From a virus (lineage: Duplodnaviria; Caudoviricetes), in the IMG/VR virus record IMGVR_UViG_3300005076_000002, positions 155,690 through 219,689 of that record: a stretch of DNA of 64,000 nucleotides. One strand, 5' to 3'. Each line of letters begins with the position of its first letter. The first letter of the stretch is position 1. The notes beneath the pieces were generated by a model. The model was not told the origin of the DNA. It ran no database searches and saw only the letters and a list, made by a program, of their open reading frames with translations. Shown in pieces: positions 35,848 through 44,926 of the stretch. Position numbers and translations under genes: made by a program.

Positions 35848-36147
35848 TCTGTCGATACGTTTTTGGGGCTCCCCTTCAACATCGCCTCCTACGCCATGCT
35901 GACGCATGCCATTGCCAACAGCCTCAATATGGTTGTCGGTACCCTGAGTGTCTCCATGGGTGACGTCCACATCTACTCCAACCATCTGGAGCAGGTAGAC
36001 CTGCAACTGACCCGTGAGCCGCTGGCATTGCCACGGTTCAAAATCACCGCCCCGGTGGGTACCTCTATCTTTGACCTGAAGTTCGATGACTTCCAGGTGG
36101 AAGGATATGAATCCCATCCGGCTATCAAAGCGCCTATCTCGAAGTAA
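35848..36147 (+). CDS. thyA: Thymidylate synthase, exon 2
   Basis: SVDTFLGLPFNIASY, GDVHIYSNH and YESHPAIKAP motifs. Confidence 0.95.
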   Translation, partial: SVDTFLGLPFNIASYAMLTHAIANSLNMVVGTLSVSMGDVHIYSNHLEQVDLQLTREPLALPRFKITAPVGTSIFDLKFDDFQVEGYESHPAIKAPISK

Positions 36148-36180
36148 GGCATAAAAGGGTAGGGGTATATCCCCTACCCT
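36148..36180. terminator. Hairpin with minus-strand TTTTATGCC tail
   Basis: GGCATAAA-AGGGTAGGGG-tatat-CCCCTACCCT. Confidence 0.6.
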
Positions 36181-36190
36181 AGGAGGTTCT

Positions 36191-36499
36191 ATGGCCTTCA
36201 CTTCGCCAAGTGAATTACGCTGGCATTTTGTGGAATACCTGAATATGGGATATAAACTCCCACTGACAGTACCTGCAAAAGATCTTCATCAGGTATGGTT
36301 TGACATGGACGAGACGTACCTGGCTATGTTTAATAAATGCATAGTTGAATATAATGTGGTGGCGATTAAAGGGGATAAGGTATTGATCATCGTACCCAAT
36401 GATAACTTCTCGCCAGTAGACCTCAACTTTAAACAGCTCTGCAAACAAATCTGGGCCGCTATCAAACGCTATAAGCACGGCCCCGCTGTTCCACTATAG
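36191..36499 (+). CDS. Hypothetical protein
   Basis: AGGAGG RBS. Confidence 0.7.
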   Translation: MAFTSPSELRWHFVEYLNMGYKLPLTVPAKDLHQVWFDMDETYLAMFNKCIVEYNVVAIKGDKVLIIVPNDNFSPVDLNFKQLCKQIWAAIKRYKHGPAVPL

Positions 36500-36511
36500 T
36501 CAGGAGTAGTT

Positions 36512-37045
36512 ATGTATTTTGTAGTAGTCGATAAGGATCTTGGGTCTGTGGAAGCTAACACTGCTTTTATGGACAGCATGCTTGAACAAACCGCCCGTAT
36601 CGTAAGTCCCGATATGGACAAGTTCATTAATGAGCAGCCACACCTGACCGGTGTACGTATTGTACAAACACTGCTTGCCAATATCATCAACGTAGATCCG
36701 ACACTGGGATTGACCATTACTTGTATGTGGTATGACGTCCCTGGCTTTGATGGTACCTACGTGGCGTTTTCAGATAATCGCTTTACCAAGCTCGACAATG
36801 AGTTCTCTAAGAAGATGCTAAAGAACGCATTGGAACATGAACCCGATTGGAATGTACCGTATGTAACACCGATCGGTATTGCACGGGTAACGTTAGCTGA
36901 CGTACTCCAAATTACCGACGTGTCTTTCCTTAATGCACCGTTTATGCTGTTGGAGAGTGAACAGCACGGGCAGCTGGAATATCTGCGCGACCAAGCTATT
37001 GCACAATTAGAAGCCACTGCTAATGGCGTGGCCAACGAGGAGTAA
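36512..37045 (+). CDS. Hypothetical protein
   Basis: AGGAG RBS. Confidence 0.75.
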   Translation: MYFVVVDKDLGSVEANTAFMDSMLEQTARIVSPDMDKFINEQPHLTGVRIVQTLLANIINVDPTLGLTITCMWYDVPGFDGTYVAFSDNRFTKLDNEFSKKMLKNALEHEPDWNVPYVTPIGIARVTLADVLQITDVSFLNAPFMLLESEQHGQLEYLRDQAIAQLEATANGVANEE

Positions 37046-37048
37046 ACA

Positions 37049-37672
37049 ATGATTATTCGAGTAAGCTATGCACACGACAAAGACCCGAGCAAAATTTGTG
37101 TCTTTCAAGGCGAACAGCGTGAAGCGTGTTTGATCAATTCCGCACTGGTCGACGGCGGTTTTATCAAACATATACCGGAGCGCTATAACGTTCTGGTACA
37201 TCCGGTTACAGGACTGGAATGCGCATTGGGTATCGGAGATGTTATCGAGTTCGATACCGACACGTTCCAGTTTACCGCTATCCAGGGCAATAAAAACATT
37301 GCCCGCTGGGAACGTATTGTGTTCGACCCCTATCCAAGACCACTTCCATCCACCAAACAGATCGAACATCGGATAGATTTGGCATCGGGCTATCGTGGTA
37401 TTATGCAGGCCTATACTCTGGCCGCTGCACTTGAGTCGTATGTCGTTATCCGGCTCAACACTACCGGGGAGTCCGAAGGGGAGGTGGTATGCACCGCTGA
37501 CATACCTTTTGTCAATTCCGACATCGAGCGCCTTAACGCAGACGTTCTTTTTACCTACCGCGGTAACAAGTTCCAGGTAGCTCGTGACGGTGCTTCGTTT
37601 ACCATCATCCATTCGGGCGATCTTGAAGAACAGCCCTGGGCAGAAGTCATTATTCAAATTTATACCAAGTAG
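37049..37672 (+). CDS. Hypothetical protein
   Basis: GAGGAG RBS. Confidence 0.75.
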   Translation: MIIRVSYAHDKDPSKICVFQGEQREACLINSALVDGGFIKHIPERYNVLVHPVTGLECALGIGDVIEFDTDTFQFTAIQGNKNIARWERIVFDPYPRPLPSTKQIEHRIDLASGYRGIMQAYTLAAALESYVVIRLNTTGESEGEVVCTADIPFVNSDIERLNADVLFTYRGNKFQVARDGASFTIIHSGDLEEQPWAEVIIQIYTK

Positions 37673-37680
37673 AGGTAGGC

Positions 37681-38289
37681 ATGGAACAGTATTACATTAT
37701 CGTTGGCAGTCCGACCGTTGAAGTAAACAATGGTATGACTGCATTCTCTAAAACTCCGTTTGGTTTCATGCAGTCCAATAAAGGACGGATGAATACCGAA
37801 GAGATCAATAAAGCCATTGATCATTTCTACGACAGCATCTTTACCTCTCTCGAGTTCAAACACTTCGAGAAGAACGGCCGGGTCGCAGGGTGGACGTTCA
37901 ACCTGGACGGTGAGAAAATGTCCGTCGGTCCAGAAGACCGGTTCTTTATCAATCGTAAATTCATGTCGATGGACATCGAATACGCGGATAAAGAAAAGGC
38001 CAAGCAAGAGGTCTACTACGGCGGCGCTATCGACCAGTTCAAGAACTATGCAAATGGCCTTACCCGCCGTAAAATGGCCAGGATGCCAGCGACTATCACA
38101 GCCGAAGAACTCAAGATGTATGCCACTGGCTGTGTAGATAGTTCGGTCATGGATTTCTATATCGGTAAATTTACCGAACATGAGATCCGTACCTACCAAC
38201 CAGGTGATGGTAGCCTGATCATCTATACCATTTACGATGATCACACCCACGCCCAAGTCACCTACCACAAAATGCAACAAGGGAACTGA
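37681..38289 (+). CDS. Hypothetical protein
   Basis: GAGGT RBS. Confidence 0.75.
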   Translation: MEQYYIIVGSPTVEVNNGMTAFSKTPFGFMQSNKGRMNTEEINKAIDHFYDSIFTSLEFKHFEKNGRVAGWTFNLDGEKMSVGPEDRFFINRKFMSMDIEYADKEKAKQEVYYGGAIDQFKNYANGLTRRKMARMPATITAEELKMYATGCVDSSVMDFYIGKFTEHEIRTYQPGDGSLIIYTIYDDHTHAQVTYHKMQQGN

Positions 38290-38290
38290 T

Positions 38291-38875
38291 ATGTCTACCA
38301 ACCATAAGCTGATGAGTGAACTGGACTTCTTCTGCAAGAAGGCCGGGCAAAACTACAATATGTGCCAGGACTTTTATCAACTGGCGTCCCTGATCGTTAA
38401 GCAAAATGCCATCCTGTCCAAAACCGCCGCTGCCATGGGCGTCCAGCTCCCTCTGGACGAAACCCAGGTGTTGGTGAGTCTGATGGCTATGCACGCTGGC
38501 GGTCATTCTGAACTTGGCGTCATCGAGTTCACTGCGGCGGACTATAATCCGAAGCATGGCTTCGATGGCAGTCCTGTTGAAATCAAGAACATCACTCCTG
38601 AGCAGGCCCGCCACATCACGGACATCCTTGAGATTTCTCCGGTCGACCGTGGCAGTGACTACGCCCACTGGTCTATCAACTTTGACCCTCAGGACGCGAG
38701 CCCAGCCGTTTTGTTCGAGGCCAGTGCTGGCGATAAACTGCTGATCAATAAAGACACGGGTCACGTTGGCTATTTCCGCAGCCATGAAAATGGCCGTGGC
38801 GCCGACATGGAGCAGATGTCCCGTGCACTTATCGGTAACGTTAACGTAGCTATCGCCGGCTGCATGCTGGAATAA
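38291..38875 (+). CDS. Hypothetical protein
   Basis: AGGGA RBS before ATG 38291. Confidence 0.75.
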   Translation: MSTNHKLMSELDFFCKKAGQNYNMCQDFYQLASLIVKQNAILSKTAAAMGVQLPLDETQVLVSLMAMHAGGHSELGVIEFTAADYNPKHGFDGSPVEIKNITPEQARHITDILEISPVDRGSDYAHWSINFDPQDASPAVLFEASAGDKLLINKDTGHVGYFRSHENGRGADMEQMSRALIGNVNVAIAGCMLE

Positions 38876-38881
38876 AGACTG

Positions 38882-38910
38882 TAGGGGAGCGGTTGCTCCC
38901 CTTTTCTTTT
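38882..38910 (+). terminator. Intrinsic terminator
   Basis: AGGGGAGC-ggtt-GCTCCCCT-TTTCTTTT. Confidence 0.8.
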
Positions 38911-38926
38911 ATCGGATTGTAAATAT

Positions 38927-38950
38927 TTTTAGGTATATTTTACTATAGTG
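38927..38950 (+). promoter_or_regulatory. Putative phage early promoter (24-nt motif)
   Basis: TTTTAGGTATATTTTACTATAGTG. Confidence 0.7.
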
Positions 38951-38984
38951 ACGTTCGTCCATTAACCTTATTGGGAGTATAAGA

Positions 38985-39461
38985 ATGCGCTCAGAGGAGT
39001 ATAATCGTCGACTGGAACGGGTTGACTATTGGGCTAATAAGTTAGATATAGAAATCGTAGATCGTGATGTGGTGGCTCAAAGCTTTGATGAGCTATATCT
39101 GGATGACTTAGAACGCTCCGCCATCACTGTGGTATTTACGGTGGCGTTTGGATTGATACTCAATGCTGAGTCTACTAATGATCCACGCGTTTGGTTTCCA
39201 AGCAACGTAATGGCTGGCATCATTAGCAGCATTAAAGCCGAACCGGCGGCTTATTACGATATCAATGGGTTGTATAAAGACGGCATGCATGTACTGTTGC
39301 AGTATGGCCGTATTTCCGTGTCGACATACAACGAAGCAATCACTACTAACTTCGATGCTATTATGGAAATCGCTGGTAGGTTCTTGGAGTTTGAGATGTT
39401 CGCCAAACCCAACACCGGTTACGCTTCTGTAGACAAAGTATTGAAAATGCAACTGCACTGA
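38985..39461 (+). CDS. Hypothetical protein
   Basis: GGGAG RBS. Confidence 0.75.
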   Translation: MRSEEYNRRLERVDYWANKLDIEIVDRDVVAQSFDELYLDDLERSAITVVFTVAFGLILNAESTNDPRVWFPSNVMAGIISSIKAEPAAYYDINGLYKDGMHVLLQYGRISVSTYNEAITTNFDAIMEIAGRFLEFEMFAKPNTGYASVDKVLKMQLH

Positions 39462-39471
39462 TTGAAACATA

Positions 39472-39495
39472 TTTTAGATGTATTTTATCTAGGTG
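39472..39495 (+). promoter_or_regulatory. Putative phage early promoter (24-nt motif)
   Basis: TTTTAGATGTATTTTATCTAGGTG. Confidence 0.65.
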
Positions 39496-39525
39496 CAACG
39501 GTTAACTAATCTTTAAGGCGGTCAT

Positions 39526-39804
39526 ATGTTTGACGAAAAGTTTGAACATTTGGAAATGAACCAGCTGTGCGTAAGTGCTGGCGTTCCTATCCAGGTGGCA
39601 GTGCGCGATATCAGAACGTATGGCAATTACGAACTGTATCACACCAATGACTTCAATGGCTGGCATGGCCTGGAAGCTGATGTCCAAGATTATGTCATTC
39701 ATGTCACGACCAAAGGTACTGTAAAGATCTTCGGTCAAGACGTGGTTGCATATACCCTTCGAGATAAAGAAGGTAACGTTACTGGTTTTGAAGTAAGGCT
39801 TTGA
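39526..39804 (+). CDS. Hypothetical protein
   Basis: Follows the promoter motif. Confidence 0.7.
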   Translation: MFDEKFEHLEMNQLCVSAGVPIQVAVRDIRTYGNYELYHTNDFNGWHGLEADVQDYVIHVTTKGTVKIFGQDVVAYTLRDKEGNVTGFEVRL

Positions 39805-39836
39805 GTATAACCTAAGCCAAATATATTGGAGTAATA

Positions 39837-40073
39837 ATGGCAGCTATTAAATCTATACCGAAGATTATCGAAGATCTGACTCGTTATGCACGAGCTGAGC
39901 GTGACGGTATCTTCACCATGAACTGGGAGCAATTCAGTCGACATGTAGACCGACTCCAGTTCAAAGAGGCATTCCTCGATAACGTTCGAAAAGGCCTGAA
40001 AGAAAAAGACGTGCTGATTGCCTATGGCAAGCACGTAGTAGTAGTTATCAACGATCATCATTTCAAGAAATAA
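39837..40073 (+). CDS. Small hypothetical protein
   Basis: GGAG RBS. Confidence 0.75.
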   Translation: MAAIKSIPKIIEDLTRYARAERDGIFTMNWEQFSRHVDRLQFKEAFLDNVRKGLKEKDVLIAYGKHVVVVINDHHFKK

Positions 40074-40084
40074 CGGAGCAAACA

Positions 40085-40438
40085 ATGACTGCACGTACTA
40101 AAGTATCTCAGAAATTCATGGGCGAATCCGAGCGTCGCATCCAAGATCCGCAGCCCCGCCCGAAAGTAGCCGACATCGCCAAGCGTATCCGTCAGCTGCG
40201 CGAAGCCTGCGAACTCTCTCGTCCGAAGTTTGCGGCTGTGCTGGACGGCATGCCGCCGACCACTCTGAAGAACTACGAGCTGGGCTACCGTGAGCCAGGT
40301 TCCAAGATCATCCAGGACATCGGTGTTACCTTTGGCCCGGACGTGCTGGTGTGGCTGGTACTCGGCAATGGCTGCCTCGATGACTTCGACATCAAAGATC
40401 GTCTGGCCGTCTACAAGCTCGACCATATTGTAGGTTAA
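40085..40438 (+). CDS. XRE/Cro-family HTH transcriptional regulator
   Basis: IAKRIRQLREACELSRPKFAAVL.GMPPTTLKNYELGYREP. Confidence 0.85.
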   Translation: MTARTKVSQKFMGESERRIQDPQPRPKVADIAKRIRQLREACELSRPKFAAVLDGMPPTTLKNYELGYREPGSKIIQDIGVTFGPDVLVWLVLGNGCLDDFDIKDRLAVYKLDHIVG

Positions 40439-40456
40439 GTGAGGTAGTGTGGGTTT

Positions 40457-40483
40457 GAGGGGCGTCATTGCCCCTCTTTTTTT
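40457..40483 (+). terminator. Intrinsic terminator
   Basis: GAGGGGC-gtcatt-GCCCCTC-T7. Confidence 0.8.
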
Positions 40484-40495
40484 CTTTGAGGAATT

Positions 40496-40525
40496 GTTAT
40501 GTGTATTGGCGTAATACACGATAAC
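40496..40525. promoter_or_regulatory. AT-rich inverted repeat, possible operator
   Basis: GTTAT-GTGTATT-ggcgt-AATACAC-g-ATAAC in a 170-nt intergenic gap after the XRE gene. Confidence 0.35.
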
Positions 40526-40608
40526 TCGGATATGGCACGAGCCCATTTTTACACCTAAAAAATAAAAAGCACGCGCATCATTTAGGGATAAACTGTTAGG
40601 AGTAACCA

Positions 40609-40971
40609 ATGGCGATCAACAAAGACCAGACGTATCTACATACTGGTCGTTTTGCCATAATTAGCAGCAACGAGGTAAAGGTAACATTTGCAGCGAGTAT
40701 CACCATCACCACTGCACTTCAACAGCTGTTAGAACAAGCCGGCTTTTTCGAATGCACAGATCATGATAAAACGAATCTGGCTAACGTAGGTCCTGTTAAC
40801 TTCAACTGCTTCCATCTGGAGGAGCAACGTGAAAGAACAGACCGTATTCTCAAACGCCTTTCTACACGTCTGCCGGATTATGCGGTGCAGATTAACAAGG
40901 TAAAGGACTTCCTGTCCAAATACCACAACAACTGGGTATTGGTACCCACCACCAAAACTGGGAGAAACTGA
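40609..40971 (+). CDS. Hypothetical protein
   Basis: AGGAG RBS. Confidence 0.75.
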   Translation: MAINKDQTYLHTGRFAIISSNEVKVTFAASITITTALQQLLEQAGFFECTDHDKTNLANVGPVNFNCFHLEEQRERTDRILKRLSTRLPDYAVQINKVKDFLSKYHNNWVLVPTTKTGRN

Positions 40972-41264
40972 TGTCTGCTATTTTCAATGTAAGTGAAGAA
41001 ACCGTCCAGAAGTTCACCAAGACTGAAGAGACCTACACCGCTTCGGTTCTGACCAAAACTACCAAGGCCGTGGTACTCAACGGCGTCAATGATGTGCCGG
41101 TAGTTGTTGAACTGACTGCGGCCCAACTCAAGAACATCAAGCCGGGTAACATCGTGACCTTTGATGCTACCGGCGCTGTCACCAAGATTACTTCGGCCCC
41201 TGGCGGTCGTAAGACCGCACTGAAGTCTGGCCAGACACCCTGCCATCAAGTAAAAGACTGCTAA
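40971..41264 (+). CDS. Hypothetical protein (small beta-rich)
   Basis: TGATG coupling; codon bias. Confidence 0.75.
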   Translation: MSAIFNVSEETVQKFTKTEETYTASVLTKTTKAVVLNGVNDVPVVVELTAAQLKNIKPGNIVTFDATGAVTKITSAPGGRKTALKSGQTPCHQVKDC

Positions 41265-41311
41265 CTAAATGTGGGGGTGGCTAAGACCGCCCCCATTCCA
41301 AGGAGAAACTG

Positions 41312-41887
41312 ATGACTATTATTGTAGGTTCTAAAGGTACCCTGTACGCAGACTCTGGTCGTGTTATCGATTTCGGGCAGTGGTATTCCAGACTTACCAA
41401 TGACGCTGTGAAGATTTTTATTTCGCCCTGTAAACGTGTGGCGATAGCATCCACTGGTTTTGCGGTGGCTGACTTCGAGCGTAAAGGAATAATCGACTTC
41501 TTTATTGGCCGTATTGCAGCGCAGTTGGCCAATGATGATAAGAACGATGCTTTGATCGTTACCTATAAGCAGCGACAGGAACTACAGTTGCCGGCGGCGC
41601 GCTATATCGTAATGACCACTCATGGCTTCTACCAGTACGACCACGCCGGTGGTTGGGCCGGTGCTATCCTGTTCTCTCAGATTGACGACACTATCATGGC
41701 CGGTATGCCCATCCAGCAACTCCATACAGCATTGGCGTTAGGCATGGATATGGAACCAGCTATGACCTTAGCCTGTTCATTCTGCACGTGCTCACGGCCA
41801 CCTATCAACTCTGTATCGGTAGCCTCACTCGTCCCGTTCGGTGAAGTTGAGAAGTCCACTGGTAACTTTGTAAAGGAAGGCGTGTAA
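41312..41887 (+). CDS. Putative Ntn-hydrolase (HslV/proteasome-beta-like) peptidase
   Basis: M-T-I-I-V-G...LYADS...KIF: N-terminal Thr nucleophile with downstream Asp and Lys at roughly family-typical spacing. Confidence 0.5.
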   Translation: MTIIVGSKGTLYADSGRVIDFGQWYSRLTNDAVKIFISPCKRVAIASTGFAVADFERKGIIDFFIGRIAAQLANDDKNDALIVTYKQRQELQLPAARYIVMTTHGFYQYDHAGGWAGAILFSQIDDTIMAGMPIQQLHTALALGMDMEPAMTLACSFCTCSRPPINSVSVASLVPFGEVEKSTGNFVKEGV

Positions 41888-42396
41888 TGTTCGTCGGTAT
41901 CAAAAATAATAATGTGACGTTTGCCATCGAGATAATTCGTGGTAACAACATCATCGATCATATCGGTGAAGAGGCGCTTTATACCAAGCATGGCCTGTTC
42001 GTACCGCTGACCTTCCATGCTTTTAATTTCCTGGATGTTCTCGAAGGTAAAACCAAGAAGCTTACCGGGTCGGGAGTAGAAAAGGCATTTCTCTTTACTC
42101 CAGATGGTGAGGTTTATGACCTCACCGCATCGGAACGAGGCAGTGTCGTAAAACGTCGTGTTCTCTTTAGCAAAGACTCCATCGTCCATCGGTCCGGCGT
42201 TTTGAAAATAGACCAGGCGATTGCTACGGCGCTTAAAATAAAGCCGGAGGATTGCTTTGAAGAACTCTATGCGCGAGTAGCTGACGACATTCAGGAAGTT
42301 AAATTCCAGCTGGTTACTCGTAGCTATACAGATATCCTCGCTAAGTTGGAAAAGTTTAAATCAGTCTCGGTTAAAAAGGAAGAAGCAAATGTCTGA
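41887..42396 (+). CDS. Hypothetical protein
   Basis: TAATG coupling to the previous gene. Confidence 0.75.
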   Translation: MFVGIKNNNVTFAIEIIRGNNIIDHIGEEALYTKHGLFVPLTFHAFNFLDVLEGKTKKLTGSGVEKAFLFTPDGEVYDLTASERGSVVKRRVLFSKDSIVHRSGVLKIDQAIATALKIKPEDCFEELYARVADDIQEVKFQLVTRSYTDILAKLEKFKSVSVKKEEANV

Positions 42397-42658
42397 ACAG
42401 GTAAAGGCAGTACCGAAGTATAACTTCAAGCATATCCAGCATAGCTTCTACCTGGTCCGCACGCAGTCTGGCCTCAAGCAAGCCATCAAGCACTACATCA
42501 AAACTCGTGGAGTCGAGTATGTTGAGGACATGGCTGCTAATCGCATGAGCTATCCAGCGATAATTTCCATCGCTGTCGAAGACGTCGCTGGCCGTGACTT
42601 TATCCGGGTTCACAACGTACATGTAAACAAGATGGCCGAAGCCATCCGTGGAGAATAA
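42389..42658 (+). CDS. Hypothetical protein
   Basis: Overlapping start; codon bias. Confidence 0.7.
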   Translation: MSEQVKAVPKYNFKHIQHSFYLVRTQSGLKQAIKHYIKTRGVEYVEDMAANRMSYPAIISIAVEDVAGRDFIRVHNVHVNKMAEAIRGE

Positions 42659-42659
42659 A

Positions 42660-43505
42660 ATGCAAAACAAAATACCCCTGCTGCGCTTCTTCCCCTTCAC
42701 TGCCGGTAGGCCGACTACTAATGAAATGGTAGCTACTCGCGCTGCTGCCGAACCGGGCTTGGATATCGCTTATGCCGGTTTTGATCCTCTGTACGTCGAC
42801 GGTAAGATCAAAGTCCTGATGGAGCTGCATAACCATCTGACCAATAAATACGACTATGAGGAGTGTTACCTCGAACTCGTTGAGGGTATGACCGAGCTGT
42901 ACATGCACACTATTGAGGTGCGTGGCGTAGAGTATCGGCTTGTTTACAATAACGACAGTACCGAGTTCTATGCACACCCGTCCAAGTGGGTCAGCAATAT
43001 GGGCAAGTTCCTAGTCTGCGGCACCTATCGTTTCAGGCAAGTAGATACGGACGGTGAACTGCGTGTAGAAGTCACCAGTGATATGTTCAATCTGCCGTGG
43101 GTCCCCCACGCTCTGAAAACCGACCCTGATCTGGATCCGGTACCAAAGGAGCTGTACCTTCTCTGCCTCCAACATGGCGACTGGGCACATAGCCAGGCCC
43201 TGCTGGAATGCCCTAATATCGAGCCAATGCTCCACACTATAGCAGCGTTGGATTCTAGCTTCCATACCGTAGAGGGTGTTACTTTCAGCTTCGGCCCACA
43301 GCCTATCCCTGGCAAAGTTTATATCCATGCCATGGGACGCGCACTCTATACCGTAGTGAGCTGCCATAACGGACGTGCTATCCTTCTCAACAACAAAACC
43401 AAACGCCGGTACGTCACTACGCCTGAGACTTTTAAGAACGAGTTCATTAGTGGCGGTCACGGTTGGTCAGATCTTCTTGCCCGGCTGGGATTGGAGACGG
43501 CCTAA
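42660..43505 (+). CDS. Hypothetical protein (possible SH3-like/DUF1653-like C-terminus)
   Basis: GGAG RBS; PGKVYIH..G..YTV motif. Confidence 0.7.
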   Translation: MQNKIPLLRFFPFTAGRPTTNEMVATRAAAEPGLDIAYAGFDPLYVDGKIKVLMELHNHLTNKYDYEECYLELVEGMTELYMHTIEVRGVEYRLVYNNDSTEFYAHPSKWVSNMGKFLVCGTYRFRQVDTDGELRVEVTSDMFNLPWVPHALKTDPDLDPVPKELYLLCLQHGDWAHSQALLECPNIEPMLHTIAALDSSFHTVEGVTFSFGPQPIPGKVYIHAMGRALYTVVSCHNGRAILLNNKTKRRYVTTPETFKNEFISGGHGWSDLLARLGLETA

Positions 43506-43951
43506 TGGACATACTGCTATACGGTATCAGCTGTGCCGCAGCTGGAGCCATTGTACAGAGCTTCATCTTCGACTACCGCAGACGTCAAAAAGCGAGGGAG
43601 GGGTTAAAGGCTGTACAGGAACAAATTGAACGGTTAGAGGCGGCCGAGGAGAAATGTGATCAGCGCATGGCTGAAATTGATGCATCGCTGGCCGACTGTG
43701 CCAGACTGCGAGAGCAGATGAATAGCGCAATCAACGCATACATGGAGCTGCGTAATGTTACAGGAATTCTCAGCCACGTATGGCCCGGTAAAACAGACAT
43801 CGTCCTTTATAGTCGTAAAAGTCACAGCTTTGAAGGTGTCACTCTCGACGACCCCAGGCTTGTCTGGCTCCTACAAGATCTTCAAGCTGAAGAAGCCGCT
43901 CTTGCTGCCAATGCCGAACAGGTCAGAGGTGGTGATAAAGTACAATCTTGA
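43505..43951 (+). CDS. TM plus coiled-coil protein
   Basis: TAATG coupling; hydrophobic N-terminus followed by heptads. Confidence 0.7.
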   Translation: MDILLYGISCAAAGAIVQSFIFDYRRRQKAREGLKAVQEQIERLEAAEEKCDQRMAEIDASLADCARLREQMNSAINAYMELRNVTGILSHVWPGKTDIVLYSRKSHSFEGVTLDDPRLVWLLQDLQAEEAALAANAEQVRGGDKVQS

Positions 43952-44174
43952 TCAGCTTCCAGAACTAGGCAGTTTGTCTGGTTCTGCTACAGCCAAGTTT
44001 GAGCATTGTCCTTTTATCACGAAAGACCCGCTGGAGATCGAACTATCCTCACGTGTCAAGGTCTGTTATGACCTAGTCAAGTATGGCATTAGGGATAGAC
44101 GCGTACTCACTAAGCGTGGGAGAGTCACTCACAACGGGGAATTACAGAATTGGACCACTATTGGGATTATTTAG
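43932..44174 (+). CDS. Hypothetical protein
   Basis: GAGGT RBS; GTG start; fills the gap. Confidence 0.5.
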   Translation: MIKYNLDQLPELGSLSGSATAKFEHCPFITKDPLEIELSSRVKVCYDLVKYGIRDRRVLTKRGRVTHNGELQNWTTIGII

Positions 44175-44184
44175 GGAGATAAAC

Positions 44185-44562
44185 ATGATAACGGTTATTC
44201 TTAAAGCGGCGAAGTTTGATAACCCGGCCACCACCCAAGTGCTCAACCGCCATGAATTGGCCGGAGATGTATTTAGAATAATCGAGTACCCGGCGGATAA
44301 ATACTTCTTTGAGTACGATGAGAAGTTTTCCCCGGTCTTGCCGGAGAAGATTCCACATGCTATCTCTGCGCTGTCGATCGAAGATAACAGCCCGGTCTTA
44401 GAAGTAGCTTTGGCATGTCAACCGGGCGTGTTTGTTCTCGATACCTGCGAGCACAGTACGGTGACGGTTAACTTCAACAGGCGCACGATCATCGTAGAAC
44501 ACGATCGCATCTTTGGCGATCATCGTATCCAACTGAACTTCCACTATCGTAAGGAGACGTAA
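44185..44562 (+). CDS. Hypothetical protein
   Basis: GGGAG RBS. Confidence 0.7.
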   Translation: MITVILKAAKFDNPATTQVLNRHELAGDVFRIIEYPADKYFFEYDEKFSPVLPEKIPHAISALSIEDNSPVLEVALACQPGVFVLDTCEHSTVTVNFNRRTIIVEHDRIFGDHRIQLNFHYRKET

Positions 44563-44867
44563 TGTCTGACACTATCGTTATGATCAATGGCGAGCCGAAG
44601 GATATTCGCCACATCATCGAAAAGGCCAACAAGATCAAGCACAAGCGTATCACGCTGAAGTCTTTGGCCAAGTGTGTTGAGAAACACAGAGGACTGGTGC
44701 CGGAACGTGAAGTCACTGATGCAAGTCCCCATGTAGAGATCCTCTACACTGTATTGGCCGGTACCGGCCCGATGGTAATTTACGGCGTCCCGCAGCTGCT
44801 GCTCGCCGCACGTAAGCACGAGATCAAAATCCGTGCTAAAGAAATCCCGGCCAACTGGCTGGTATAA
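44562..44867 (+). CDS. Hypothetical protein
   Basis: AAGGAG RBS; TAATG coupling. Confidence 0.75.
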   Translation: MSDTIVMINGEPKDIRHIIEKANKIKHKRITLKSLAKCVEKHRGLVPEREVTDASPHVEILYTVLAGTGPMVIYGVPQLLLAARKHEIKIRAKEIPANWLV

Positions 44868-44926
44868 ACCGGTGGCCTCTAGGGGCCACCACTCTATCTA
44901 AGGCCCACTGTATCCAAGGAGATATC

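Noticed and set aside
33781-36147. Thymidylate synthase as a truncated pseudogene or two separate genes
   Set aside because: The TAA at 34714 is the first intron triplet; splicing restores a continuous frame with all catalytic motifs
33826-36147. dCMP hydroxymethylase or DNA hypermodification pathway
   Set aside because: The specificity residue is Asn (PFNIASY), typical of dUMP-specific ThyA; no glycosyl- or aminotransferase genes recognised nearby
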